DNA from: Leucoraja ocellata | Taxonomy: Eukaryota | Direction of reading: 5' to 3' | Assembly: GCA_036785375.1 (NCBI GenBank) | Contig: JAWMAR010000025.1 | Span: forward strand, 3,410,001-3,474,000 | Length of the DNA: 64,000 nt | Shown: piece after piece, positions 23,685 through 36,148 of the stretch | Position numbering within the stretch: position 1 is the stretch's first letter | How the letters are laid out: every line of letters begins with the position of its first letter | Translations under genes and position numbers: made by a program | The notes under the pieces: model-generated | What the model was told of the DNA's origin: nothing | Seen by the model: the letters and a program-made list of their open reading frames with translations, nothing else | The model's database searches: none

Positions 23685-26653
23685 AGAAACATAGAAAATA
23701 GGTGCAGGAGTAGGCCATTCGGCCCTTCAAACCTGCACCGCCATTCGATATGATCATGGCTGATCATCCAACTCAGTATCCCGTACCTGCCTTCTCTCCA
23801 TACCCCGTGATCCCTTTAGCCACAAGGGCCACATCCAACTCCCTCTTAAATATAGCCAATGAACTGGCCTCAACTACCTTCTGTGGCAGAGAATTACACA
23901 AATTCACCACTCTCTGTGTAAAAAATGATTTTCTCATCTCGGTCCTAAAAGACTCCCCTCTTATCCTTAAACTGTAACCCCTAGTTCTGGACTTCCCTGA
24001 CATCGGGAATAATCTTCCTGCATCTAGCCTGTCCAACCCCTTAAGAATTTTGTAAGTTTCAATAAGATCCCCTCTCAATCTTCTAAATTCTAGGGTATTC
24101 AAGCCGCGTCTATCCAGTCTTTCTTCATATGAAAGTCCTGCCATCCCAGGAATCAGTCTGGTGAACCTTCTCTGTACTCCCTCTATGGCAAGAATGTCTT
24201 TCCTCAGATTAGAAGACCAAAATTGTACGCAATACTCCAGGTGTGGTCTCACCAAGACCTTGTACAACTGCAGTAGAACCTCCCTGCTCTTATACTCAAA
24301 TCCTTTTGCTATGAATGCTAACATACCATTTGCATTTTTTCACTGCCTGCTGCACCTGCGTGCCTACTTTCAATGACTGGTGTACCATGTCACCCAGGTC
24401 ACGTTGCATTTCCCCTTTTCCTAGTCGGCCGCCATTCAGATAATAATCTACTTTCCTGTTTTTGCCACCAAAGTGGATAACCTCACATTTATCCACATTA
24501 TACTGCATCTGCCATGCATTTTCCCACTCACCCAACCTATCCAAGTCACCTTGCAGCCTCCTAGCATCCTCCTCATAGCTAACACTGCCCCCCAGCTTCG
24601 TGTCATCCGCAAACTTCGAGATGTTGCATTCAATTCCCTCATCCAGATCATTAATATATATTGTAAATAGCTGGGACCCCAGCACTGAGCCTTGCGGTAC
24701 CCCACTAGTCACTGCCTGCCATTCTGAAAAGGACCCGTTTACTCCTACTCTTTGCTTCCTGTCTGCCAGCCAGTTCTCTATCCCCATCAATACTGAACCC
24801 CCAATACCGTGTGCTTTAAGTTTGCAAACTAATCTCCTATGTGGGACCTTGTCGAAAGCCTTCTGAAAGTCCAGATATAACACATCCACTGGTTCTCCCT
24901 TATCCACTCTATTAGTTACATCCTTGAAAAATTCTATAAGATTCGTCAGACATGATTTACCTTTCATAAATCCATGCTGACTTTGTCCAATGAATTCACC
25001 ACTTTCCAAATGTGCTGCTATCCCATGTTTAATAACTGACTCCAGAATTTCCCCCACCACCGATGTTAGACTAACTGGTCTGTAATTCCCCGTTTTCTCT
25101 CTCCCTCCCTTTTTAAAAAGTGGGGTTACATTAGCTACCCTCCAGTCCTCAGTAACTACTCCGGAATCTAAAGAGTTTTGAAAAATTATCACTAATGCAT
25201 CCACTATTTCTGCGGCTACTTCCTTAAGTACCCTGGGATGCAACTTATCTGGTCCTGGGGATTTATCAGCCTTTAATCCATTCAATTTACCTAACACCAC
25301 TTCCCGGCTAACCTGGATTTCACTCAGTTCCTCCATCTCATTTAACCCCCATCCCTTGCTATTTCCGGCAGATTATTTATGTCTTCCTCAGTGAAGACAG
25401 AACCAAAGTAGTTATTCAATTGGTCTGCCATGTCCTTGTTCCCCAAGATCAATTCACCTGTTTCTGACTGCAAGGGATCTACATTTGTTTTAACTAATCT
25501 TTTCCTCTTCACATATCTATAAAAACCTTTGCATTCAGTTTTTATGTTCCCTGCTAGTTTTCTTAAATAATCTTTTTTCCCTTCCCTTCCCGCTGCACCA
25601 AAAAAACCCAGAATATAATAAAGGACATCTCCCACCCCGGACACTCCCTGTTTGAACTGTTGCCGTCAGGCAGACGGTACAGATCCACAAGGACAAGGAC
25701 AAATAGACTAAAAAACAGTTTTTACCCCACTGCTATAAAAGCACTAAATGTAGCCGCCAAGGAACGCAGGGGCGATACAGACTAAGGGACTGTGGTAACG
25801 GTGAAATCGACAGAAGGATGGAGGGTTGGGTGTGTATGCGTGCTTTGTCTGTGATATTTATTTATTTGCTTATCTTTATTATTTTACCGTGGATGTTTCG
25901 TTAGCTTTAGAAATGTTTGAATGCTGCACTGACTGGCTGACATTTTAAATTTCGTTGTACATGGCCCATGTTACAATGACAATAAAGAAACTATTCTAAT
26001 TAAGCCTTTTGTCCTCCTTTGCTGGACTCTGAATTTCTCCCCGTCCTCTGGCTGCTTTTTCAGGGTAATTTGTACGCTTCATCTTTTGTTTTGATACTAT
26101 CCCTGATTTCCCTTGTTATCCACGGATGCACTACCTTCCCTGATTTATTCTTTTGCCAAACTGGGATGAACAATTGTTGTAGTTCATCCATGCAGTTTTT
26201 AAATGCCTTCCATTGCATATCCACCGTCAACCCTTTAAGAATCATTTGCCAGTCTATCTTGGCCAATTCATGTCTCATACCCTCAAAGTCACCTTTCTTT
26301 AAGTTTAGGACCCTTGTTTCTGAATTAATAATGTCACTCTCCATCCTAATGAAGAACTCAACCATATTATGGTCACTCTTGCCCAAGGGGCCCCGCACAA
26401 CAAGACTGCTAACTAACCCTTCTTCATTACTCAATACCCAGTCTAGAATAGCCTGCTCTCTCGTTGGTTCCTCTATATGTAGATTGAAGTCCCCCATTAT
26501 AACTGTTTTACCTTTGTTGCGCGCATTTCTAATTTCCTGTTTGATGCCATCCCCAACTCCACTACTACTGTTAGGTGGCCTGTACACAACTCCCACTAGA
26601 GTTTTCTGCCCTTTAGTGTTTCGCACCTCTACCCATATCAATACCACATCCGC
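23685..26653 (-). mobile_element. CR1 LINE, duplicate of 2045-4680, interrupted by a Rex1/Babar insertion
   Basis: ORFs 26060-26686 (endonuclease), 24296-25336 (RT) and 23773-24324. Shares the KKCKWY frameshift with the first copy. Confidence 0.95.
25588..25998 (+). mobile_element. Rex1/Babar LINE 3' fragment, present only in this unit
   Basis: Encodes IIKDISHPGHSLFELLPSGRRYRSTRTRTNRLKNSFYPTAIKALN and ends acaataaag...ctattct. Absent at the paralogous site ~3938. Confidence 0.85.
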
Positions 26654-29054
26654 CATTCTGCCCATTGAGTTTACTCCGCCATTCAATCATGGCTGACGTA
26701 TTTATCCTTCTCACCCCATTCTGCCTTCTCCCAGTAATCTTTGACGCCCTTACTAATCAAGAACCAATGAATCTCTGCTTCAGAAATACCAACCTATCCA
26801 TGTTGTCCAGGGATGCTGCCTAGCGTAATGAGTTACTCCAGCACTTACTGTTTTTTGATAGATTATCTGGCACTGTCTGTACGCAGAACCAACATTAGAA
26901 CGATTGTCTGAAGAAGAGCCTCGACCTGAAACGTCACCTATTCCTTCGTTCCATAGGTGCTGCCTCACCCGCTGAATTTCTCCAGCATTTTTGTCTACCT
27001 TTGATTTTTCCAGCATCTGCAGTTCTTTCTTAAACAGTAGAACTATTGTAAGTCACAGGGTTTTTCATGAAAATGGGAATAATCAGAATATGCCGCAAAT
27101 ATTCAATCCCGGAAACAACTGGAGAATGAAACAGGTAATAATTTTGGTCAGTGTTATTTCATCCCTCTAGTGAATGACCATTGAGTCACACAGTAGGTAA
27201 ATAAGTCCCTCCTGTCTGTTTCACCATTGAGTCCATCTACACTAGTCACAAATCCCCCCAGGCTTTGTCGTGGTTACCGATACTCAATATTAAGTCAGGC
27301 GACGCGGAGAATTCTTCAAGAAGTTCAAACCTTTATTTGCAAATAAGGGCTGGGACACTCAAAGAGTTAATCGTTTGACTGCCCGCGTCAGACAAAGAGT
27401 TGCTTCTTGTTATGGCATGTTTAACTCTGTACATCCCACCCCCAGTATATTTCCATACCCAATCACTTGCAGACATTCCCTTATCAATAACCAATCACTC
27501 ACAGGCAAATCTCCCCTCCTGCCACAGTTATTTTCCATCTTTTAATCCATCCTTGTTTAAATCACATGACTTCTCCTATCTCGGCGACCTTATCTCTTGT
27601 TCATCCAGTGGTCACCACCAGTCACAATGATTTACACTAATCACAAAACAAGCTGCGAAAGAACACAAAAGTTTACACAAGGTTTCCAAAAACAAACTGC
27701 AAAGAATACAGAGCACAACAGTTAAAATACAAGCCGCAAAAATACAAAATTAAAATACAAAGGATATAAGGGGTTGGACAGGCTAGATGCAGGAAGATTG
27801 TTCCCGATGTTGGGGAAGTCCAGATCAAGGGGTCACAGTTTAAGGATAAGGGGAAAATCTTTTCGGACCGAGATGAGAAAAACATTTTTCATACAGAGAG
27901 TGGTGAGTCTCTGGAATTCTCTGCCGCAGAAGGTAGTTGGGGCCAGTTCATTAGCTATATTTAAGAGGGAGTTTGATGTGGCCCTTGTGGCTAAAGGGAT
28001 CAGGGTACTGAGTTGGATGATCAGCCATGATCATATTGAATGGCGGTGTAGGCTCGAAGGGCTGAATGGCCTACTCCTGCACCTATTGTCTATTGTCTAA
28101 AAGTTAAAAGTTAAAATGACTGATTTCTGTACGTCCATAGCATCCATCAACCCCTACCTCAATTCTCAATTTTCCTTCCAATCACTTATACTAAGCATGG
28201 GCGGAAATCGCTTTTAAAACATGGGGGGGACACAATGAGGCTTAACGTCTAGGACAGGGGTCGGCAACCTACGGCCGAAATCAACCAGCCTGCAGCCGGT
28301 TTTATTTCAATTAGTTTTCGCGACCTGGGTGCTACAGCCAGTTCCAGGACATGCAGGCAACCTGGGCACTACAGCCAGACCTGGGGCAGGCGAGCCGACC
28401 TGGGAACTTCAGCTAGTCCCGGGCTGCTAGATTCTAGGAGCTGGCGGCTTCCAACTGGAATCGACCTTGAGGGCTCCGGTCAGTGGGTCAGTCACACTAA
28501 CACTGTGACATTTGGTAATGACTCACTCTGTATAAATGATATCTGACTTGCCGAGTGTTTCAAGCATTTTCTGTTTCTTTTATTGCAGGGTTTCAATCAC
28601 CTGATGCAATTTTTCAACTTTACAATATTTGGGAAACATGACAAACAATAAATTAACGGTTTCGGATGAGGGAGTATAAAAACGAATACTGTTGGCAATA
28701 TTGCTTGAGGGAATAATCTCAGCTGTGTGAAGGGAAGATATATTTAAAAGATCATCAGATGAGGCTTTACCAGTTGAACTAATCTTCTTCTTCTTGCATA
28801 TGACCTGCGCAGCCTAATGTTCTTGGACAATTTGTTCTATTTGATCTATTTGTTTGTGCACGTTGGGTTGTTTGCACTAGTCGAAACAGGGTGGACCACG
28901 TGAAGGTTGCAATCTCCCACCCCAGTTGAACTAATGAAAAAAGTGTAATTACAGTTATGAAATGTTCTATAGATTGCCAAACAATCTGACAGAGCAGAGC
29001 AAATGTATCAGCAAAATTCTGAATAGGACCAAATCACTAAGGGATTAATAATGT

Positions 29055-29303
29055 TGTAGCGGACGCGGAGTTGTCCGATAAACAACGAGGCAGACACGAA
29101 GTTTGTCCGAAAATACTGTCTTTTATTGCTACACTAATTCTCCTCGCTCACCAAGTCCGTGCGTGCGCGGTTAACCCCTTAAATACTCCCCAGGGGCACC
29201 CGAGACCACGCCGTGTCCCCTACCTCTCAGCACTGGGACATTTGACCCCCCCAAGAGCTGAAGGTTATGTACAGTGCGTGGCCCACCACCCAGTGCCGCC
29301 ACA
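29055..29303. mobile_element. Solo LTR, duplicate of 7066-7314
   Basis: Same TG...CA termini and atgt/ctgt flanks. Confidence 0.8.
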
Positions 29304-30952
29304 CTGTGATAATAATATCAATTTAGACAGTAAGTGTAAAGGCATGGAGGCACAGAATTCATAAACTTCTTATCGAGTTCACATCAGAAGATTAGAATTT
29401 GTTCAGCCAGAGCTGAACACACTACTTGGCATCTGCATAAAATGGTGTCTTGTGCTTCTTGTGAGTAGTGGTGCAGAGATTGGTGGAAACAGGGCCGGGA
29501 CGTGAACGCTCTTTCCTTCACCCCAATCATAAACTGAAATAATGAGAATGTTTTCAGCGATATGTTGTAAATCCATTGAGAAGGGATGGAAGTGGATGGA
29601 ACAGGGAGGGTGGTAGAGAGGGAGAGACAAAAGGGGGCATGGGGGTAAAGGGGTCGGTTAGGGAGAAGAAAGGGGTAGATGGGGTCAGACAGGAAGGGGA
29701 AAGGAATTGCAATTCAGGGATTAGTTATGGGAATGAAGCTTGGTGTTTGGAAGAAGTAGCAGTAAGAGAGCATTGTTTCATCATATGTTTTATTTCTTCT
29801 CCGTGGATTGTCACCTTGTCGTGGTGGAGAAGCTTGTGTGGACCTCAGATCCTGAGAACAATGCCGTCTGGAGCTGTGCTCCTGTTAGGGTCACCCATGG
29901 CGGTAAGGTCGAGGGGGAGGTCTCTGACAAAGAGCAATCCTACGAAGAACCTCAACGGTGGAACAGGTGGCGGACGATGGCTGACCTTAGTGGAGCGTCA
30001 CAATGGCTGGGAAGGCGGATGAAGGCTGCCGCAGAAAAGGGTCTCTGGTCGTCTTGGTCTCCATGTCAGTGGAACCTGACCCAGAACTGCCAAGGACCGT
30101 GGGGTGTCTGTCTGTGCACCAGTCTCCCCACGTTAAATAAAGCCACACACAGGTGTCTCCATATAGGGAATAGCACCCTGGAGACACCCATGGTCAGCCA
30201 TTACCGAAGGGTGTCTAAGGTCTAAAGGTGGCTGTCAGCATTATGGATATGCTCAATTTTTTGAAGAGGTCACTAAAGACACACTTCAAATACGTACAGG
30301 TTTGTAGGGTTGCGGCTTCGGAGAGCAGTAGAGGCCGGTTCTCTGGATACATTCAAGAGAGAACTAGATAGGGCTTTTAAAGATAGCGGAGTCAGGGGAT
30401 TTGGGGTGAAGGCAGGAACGGGGTACTGATTGGGGATGATCAGCCATGATCACATTGAATGGTGGTGCTGGCCTGAAGGGCCGAATGGCCTACTCCATCA
30501 CCTATTGTCTACTGTCTATTGTCTCAATTACACGTTGCACCTGCCCGTGTTTGGTCCATATCCCACCAAAGCTGTTTCAGGTGATCATTGGCCAACCTAT
30601 CCGCACTGACCAATGATCACCTGTACACTAGTTCTATGTCCTACACACGAGAGGGCAATTTAGAGTCGCCATTTAACTTGCTAGCCTTTGGAATATGTGA
30701 GGAAAACAGAGCACGTGGAGAAATCCCACAAACTGTACATTCATTTGATCCAACAAACCCACAACGTTTTTGAATAATCCTACCTGCATATACTCATTGT
30801 CAGACACATTATACCCCACAGCCAACAACAGACCATTGTGGGCTCCAATTTTTCTTTATCATCATTACTTTATACATATCTTTGTTTCATTTATTCTATA
30901 TATCTCTTATAACCATCTATATCTTTCGTTTCCCTGTCCCCTGACTCTCAGT

Positions 30953-30980
30953 CTGAAGAAGGGTTTCGATCCGAAACGTC
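30953..30980 (+). ncRNA. Minimal hammerhead ribozyme motif (duplicate of 8964-8991)
   Basis: CTGAAGAAGGGTTTCGATCCGAAACGTC. Confidence 0.65.
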
Positions 30981-32661
30981 GCATATTCCTTTTCTCCAGA
31001 GATGCTGCCTGGCCCGCTGAATTACTCCAGCTATTTGTGTCTATTTTCCGTAAACCGCCCAAGCCTGTTTTATAATGTTTTATGTGAAAGATTGTTCATT
31101 CTTTTTTCTATAATGTAGACTTTGGTTTCAGGACAATGCTGCATGTGTGAAGCACAATGTGTCCTCTTCATTTTGGTGAGCAGAGTTAAATCTAAATCTA
31201 TCGAATTATCAGCTCTGTCCAAGGGCGTCAGCTGCGATTGAAGATTCGTCTGAAAACGCTGGGGTTAGTCCACAAAGTGGGTATGCGTTTCACGCACAGT
31301 ATATTTTGGTAAAGCTTTACAAGTTCATTATTCCAACCTCCCCTCCCCTCCCCTCCCCTCCCCATCGCCCAATCACTTCGATTTGGGTTGGTATCTGCTG
31401 AGCTCAGCTCAAGGGTTGCAAAAGGTTTTGTGGTGCTGCCGGTGTTCTGTGTCTTTTATTCATCGGGTTTGCATCAACAGCTGAGGTCCCACGATGATGA
31501 ACAGAATCTGGATCTGCGCCTTCATTTGCTGCATCGTGGCTTTTGTGAGCGTTTTGGGAGCCAAGGTACAGAAACAACAATTCAAACTTGCAGTACATGC
31601 ACTCATCAGTACGAGATGACACCGATTTGGTTCAGAACCTGAGAAATGATTCAAGATCCCAATTAAAGTGTTGCTATGTTGGAGGCATTTCCCCCCCTTT
31701 AGTTTCTGTTAATTGTCTATAAAAAATACAGATATGAAATGTGTTATATCTTTCTTTTACAGGTCCGAACAGAATTCCAATTTGTCGATCAGTTTATAGG
31801 ACTGATGGGACCTGCCCAAACTGCCGGAGCTGCAGGATTTACCCCAGCCATTGCCAAGGTCCTGATTCTGTCCCTTATTCCAGTCTTCCTGCAGAGAGTT
31901 CTGTCTTAATTCAGTGCTCGAGGTGGCCACTTCCAGCTGATTCATCCATCTCCTTGGAGACCATCCTGCTCTGCTCGCATTCAATCTCCAACTTTGAAAT
32001 GAGCCGCTTCATCTCTGCGCCACCCGTCGACCACCGACTGAGATCTGCTTCCCATTCTTCACTCCCTCTCTCTCGCAGCCTAGCCTCCAACCTATTTCCT
32101 GAAATTAATTTTGCCTGTGAAACAGCTGGAATCCACAACTTCACTGTTATCAAGGTCGGAGAAAAAAATAATTGAAAGATAACTAAAGTATTGCAGGTCA
32201 TGAAACTGGATGCCCTGCTGGAAGTTTAACATGTTCTCTTTTCATATTTTACTATTTCTATTGTTTCCGTGAGATATGTTGGCATTTCACTTAAAGCCAT
32301 GTAAAATTAGAGAGCAATAAAAAAAATTATACTGTGCCGATAAAGTGTGTCTAGTTATTAATTGTAATTCCTGCAATAAGCTTGTCTATTTTACAGCACA
32401 ACCTTAAGGCTGTGTTAACTACATCCCATCCTGAATTAATCCCAGGAAGTCTCCAATTTAAGTCAATTTTCATTATCATACACAAATCTCCTCTTCCTAT
32501 TGATAAACAGCATCTGGTGATCACTCAACATATTTGCTGGATGAATGTTATTCTCTTCTGGGACTTTCATAAAAACGTAAATGCTAGGAGCAGAATTAGG
32601 CCATTCGGCCCATAAAGTCTACTCCGCCATTCAATCATGGCTGATCTATCTCTCCCTCCTA

Positions 32662-35600
32662 ATATAATAGTAATATTAAACAAGAATTTACCAGTTTGAA
32701 GTTTGATCTTTATTTTATGAGGCGTTACGTTGAGGGACTACGTGAAGAGACCCCGTCCAGGCGTACACACGTCAATCTTCAAAGCAGTTGCGCGGAATCA
32801 CAGATGATAGTTACCGAAGCATAATAGTAAGCTACGTGAGACAAACTTAAACGTACATTTGATCTTTATGAGGGTGGGAGCGGAGGGCACGTAGTCCCTC
32901 AACGTAACTCCTCATAAAATAACGATCAAACTTCAAACTGGTAAGGTCTCGTTTAATCTTACCACTTTACTTCGGAGTCACGTGAGTGACTACGTGAAGA
33001 TTTTAAAGCTTCTGTGATTTCATGCTGTAGATTCAATCCCGGCGTCTCACTGCATCGATTGACTCTAAATGAGTGAAAACAATCAATAATATCCAACCAT
33101 TAAATTAATGTAATCTGTTACTGTTTTTTTATTATTATTTTTTTTTTATCATAACAAAACATTTTTGTCCCCTTTTTTATTGCAGGGAACATTTAATACT
33201 GAATCCAAAACAGCACCACCAAATACCCCAGGGTCTGCAATCTCTTTATGGTAATACTTGTGAGACATCCATTCACTTGCCCATCCTGCGGCCGTGAGGA
33301 TATGGTCTATTGGAACGTCCAAATCCTTGGCCGCCGATGTTGCTGCCGCCCTGGTGGAATGAGATTTAAATTTGTCAGTATTAATCCCTGCATCAACCAC
33401 ACCTTTTCCCAGTCACCTCGATATAGTCTGTACTGACACTTTCTTATGTGTTTTTTTATGGCTGATAAATAATGCTGATTCTGCACCTCTTAAGTCCTTG
33501 GTGGTCTCAATGTAACATTTTAAATGTGCCACTACACATAGTCTTGGATCCGTAGGATATGCTGCAAAGACCAATTTACACCCCGTGACTCCAGGCTGCT
33601 CTGTTTGAGTAAATCATAGACATAGAATGTAATTGCCTCTGTTGTCATTCCCATTATTTCTATATGTAATTTATGTAATGTCTGTACTCTTTGTGCTGAA
33701 TCTAATGCCATTAACATGACTACCTTCATGGGAATTTTGTCTAAAGACAAATTTGAAACAGGACTCCATTCCCGAAGTAACATCAGCACATCCCTAACAT
33801 TCCAGTATATCTGGGTCTAGGAGGTTTGGCATTGACAATTCCCTTCATGTACCTACAGACCAAAGGGTGTGATCCTAGAACCTGTTGTTCTGATGCTCTC
33901 CATAAATATACAGCGAGGGCACTCCTTGCTGTATTGATCGCACTATAACTTAAATTGACATCAAAATGCAGTGTTGACAGAACTTCTAAAACATCTAAGA
34001 TGTCAGCCGTGTGGTATGAAATATTCTGCCTTGAGCAAAACACCTCCCATTTCTTATTGTAAGAAATGTACTGCTTCTGGGTACTATCCCTCCAGGCTCC
34101 TGCAATTACATCCATAGTGCGATCTGATAGTCCTCTTCCGAGATATGGCCTTTTTAGAATCTGTAAATCAACAAATCAATACGATCATGTAAAGGATGAA
34201 AATCACCAGATACAGGGTGCACAAGTAGGTTTTCTTGTCTTGGAATACCCATAAGAGGTTCTGTGACCTTTTTTTAGCACTAGTGGGTACCTTGGTTGTG
34301 TAGGCCAATCTGGGACCACCAACAATCCTGAAGCAGCATTCTGCTTGATCTTTTGTAGACACCTACTAGTGAGGTGGAGGAAATGCATATGAAACATTCC
34401 ACCCCAATTTAGCGAGAATGCATCCACCGCTGTTGCACCTGGATCTGGCTTGCTTGAAACATATTGAGGCAATTGGTGGTTCAGTTTAGATGCAAACAAG
34501 TCAATTTCTGGCATTCCAAATTTTGCAACAATTTTATTAAAATTGTCACGATTTAACATCCATTCTGTATTGTCATTAAATTTTCATGACCTGGTGTCTG
34601 CAATTATATTGAATAGGTAGATAGCCGAAAGCCAGATGTTTTCGAATAATACACCTGTGCCAGATAACGTTTGCCAATCTGTCACAAGACTCTGACTTGA
34701 TTCCACCCATGTGATTGACATATGCTACCTGCATATGCAGATTTTGCACATTAGAGCAATAAGCTTTAAGCCCATGAAATGTACTTAACAATTCTAGGTA
34801 GTTAATTCCATGTGCTTCGAGCAAAGGTACCTCTTCCACATTCCATCTACCTCCACAACTGGTAATGGTATCAGTAGCGCCCCAACCTAGCGCACTTGCA
34901 TCGGTCTGTAGAATGATAGGAGGTGATTCAACCAGAATTTTCCTTTGCTTGCTGCAGTTGCTGATAATGCAGTGGAACGAACTACACAGCTGGGAATGAA
35001 GCGATTAGATTCCCAAGTAAGCTCACCACTTGCCTAATTGATGGTTGATGCTCTGTAATGAGTTTGCTACAACCCTCAATTGACTACAGCGGGATTTTGC
35101 GGGATTTAATATTATTTGACAGTCTCATCCATAGTCTGTTCTTACAACTGATGGGAAATAATATATAGTTAATACTATTTATTCTGCCAATGGTTGTCCC
35201 TTCAGTCTGGGACCTGAGAATTTTTGGGCCAGACCTGGTACTTTGGGCTTTATTATTGGGCTTTGGTCCTCATCTGATTCATTATCAGAATCTTCTGGAT
35301 ATTCCTCCTCATAGTGGGGTTCACCTGGTATTTTGTCTTCAGGTGTTTCCTGCGCTGGCTCTCTTATAGGCCTACGCTTAGTAAACTCTTTATCGGGTAT
35401 TCCTCTCACAGGCTCTTCATAGAAGCCATACTCTGAATGGCCCTTTTTTGGTTGCTGCTAATGCTGGATCTCCTGTAGACCAACGCCTGTATTGTCTTTC
35501 CTCAGACATTTCTGGTGCTGGCTCTCTGCTAGGCCAACACATATTATTTTCCTTAAGGCATTTCTGGCACTGGCTCACTTGTAGACCAACGTTTCCCAGG

Positions 35601-36148
35601 ACCTCTCCTGGGTGTTCCCTACGCTGGCTCTCCTGTAGGCCTACCGTAACTGTACTCCTTCTGGAGTGTGCCTTTGTAAATCATTTTTCCTATGTGGAAT
35701 TTCAATTGTGCGACCCGATCTTCCTCCGGGTCCGACTCATCCGAGTCTAATGGCCTGTTTGTTTTTCTTTTTGGCCTTACACCTTATAGGTGTTTCAACG
35801 GTACTTTATCTATAGTCGTTGTTTTCTACAGCTGATTTTTTAATGGGGCGCCCGCTACTCTCAGACACTCTGTCCTCTTGAGTTTTTAGCTGCGGTGCTC
35901 TTCCCTTTACTTTTCCCATTTTTGTCCCTATTTAGACTTGCCCGTTTGCCAGCACACAGTCTCTACGGAAGAAAAATGGCCTGAAGTGAAAGTAAAAATA
36001 CATACCTTCAGGTTTTCTTTCACTCACCGCTTGGAGCGGGCTCTGCTCCTTCCAACGTGTTCGCAGTCGCTATGCGTCTGACGATATGACGAGTGTGCGC
36101 CTGGACGGGGTCTCTTCACGTAGTCACTCACGTGACTCTGAAGTAAAA
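32662..36148 (-). mobile_element. DIRS1-type retrotransposon, duplicate of 10657-14137
   Basis: YR fragments at 33149-34115 (HSTR), RNase H and IDLFAS remnants at 34203-34910, and the same inverted termini and internal complementary region. Confidence 0.9.
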
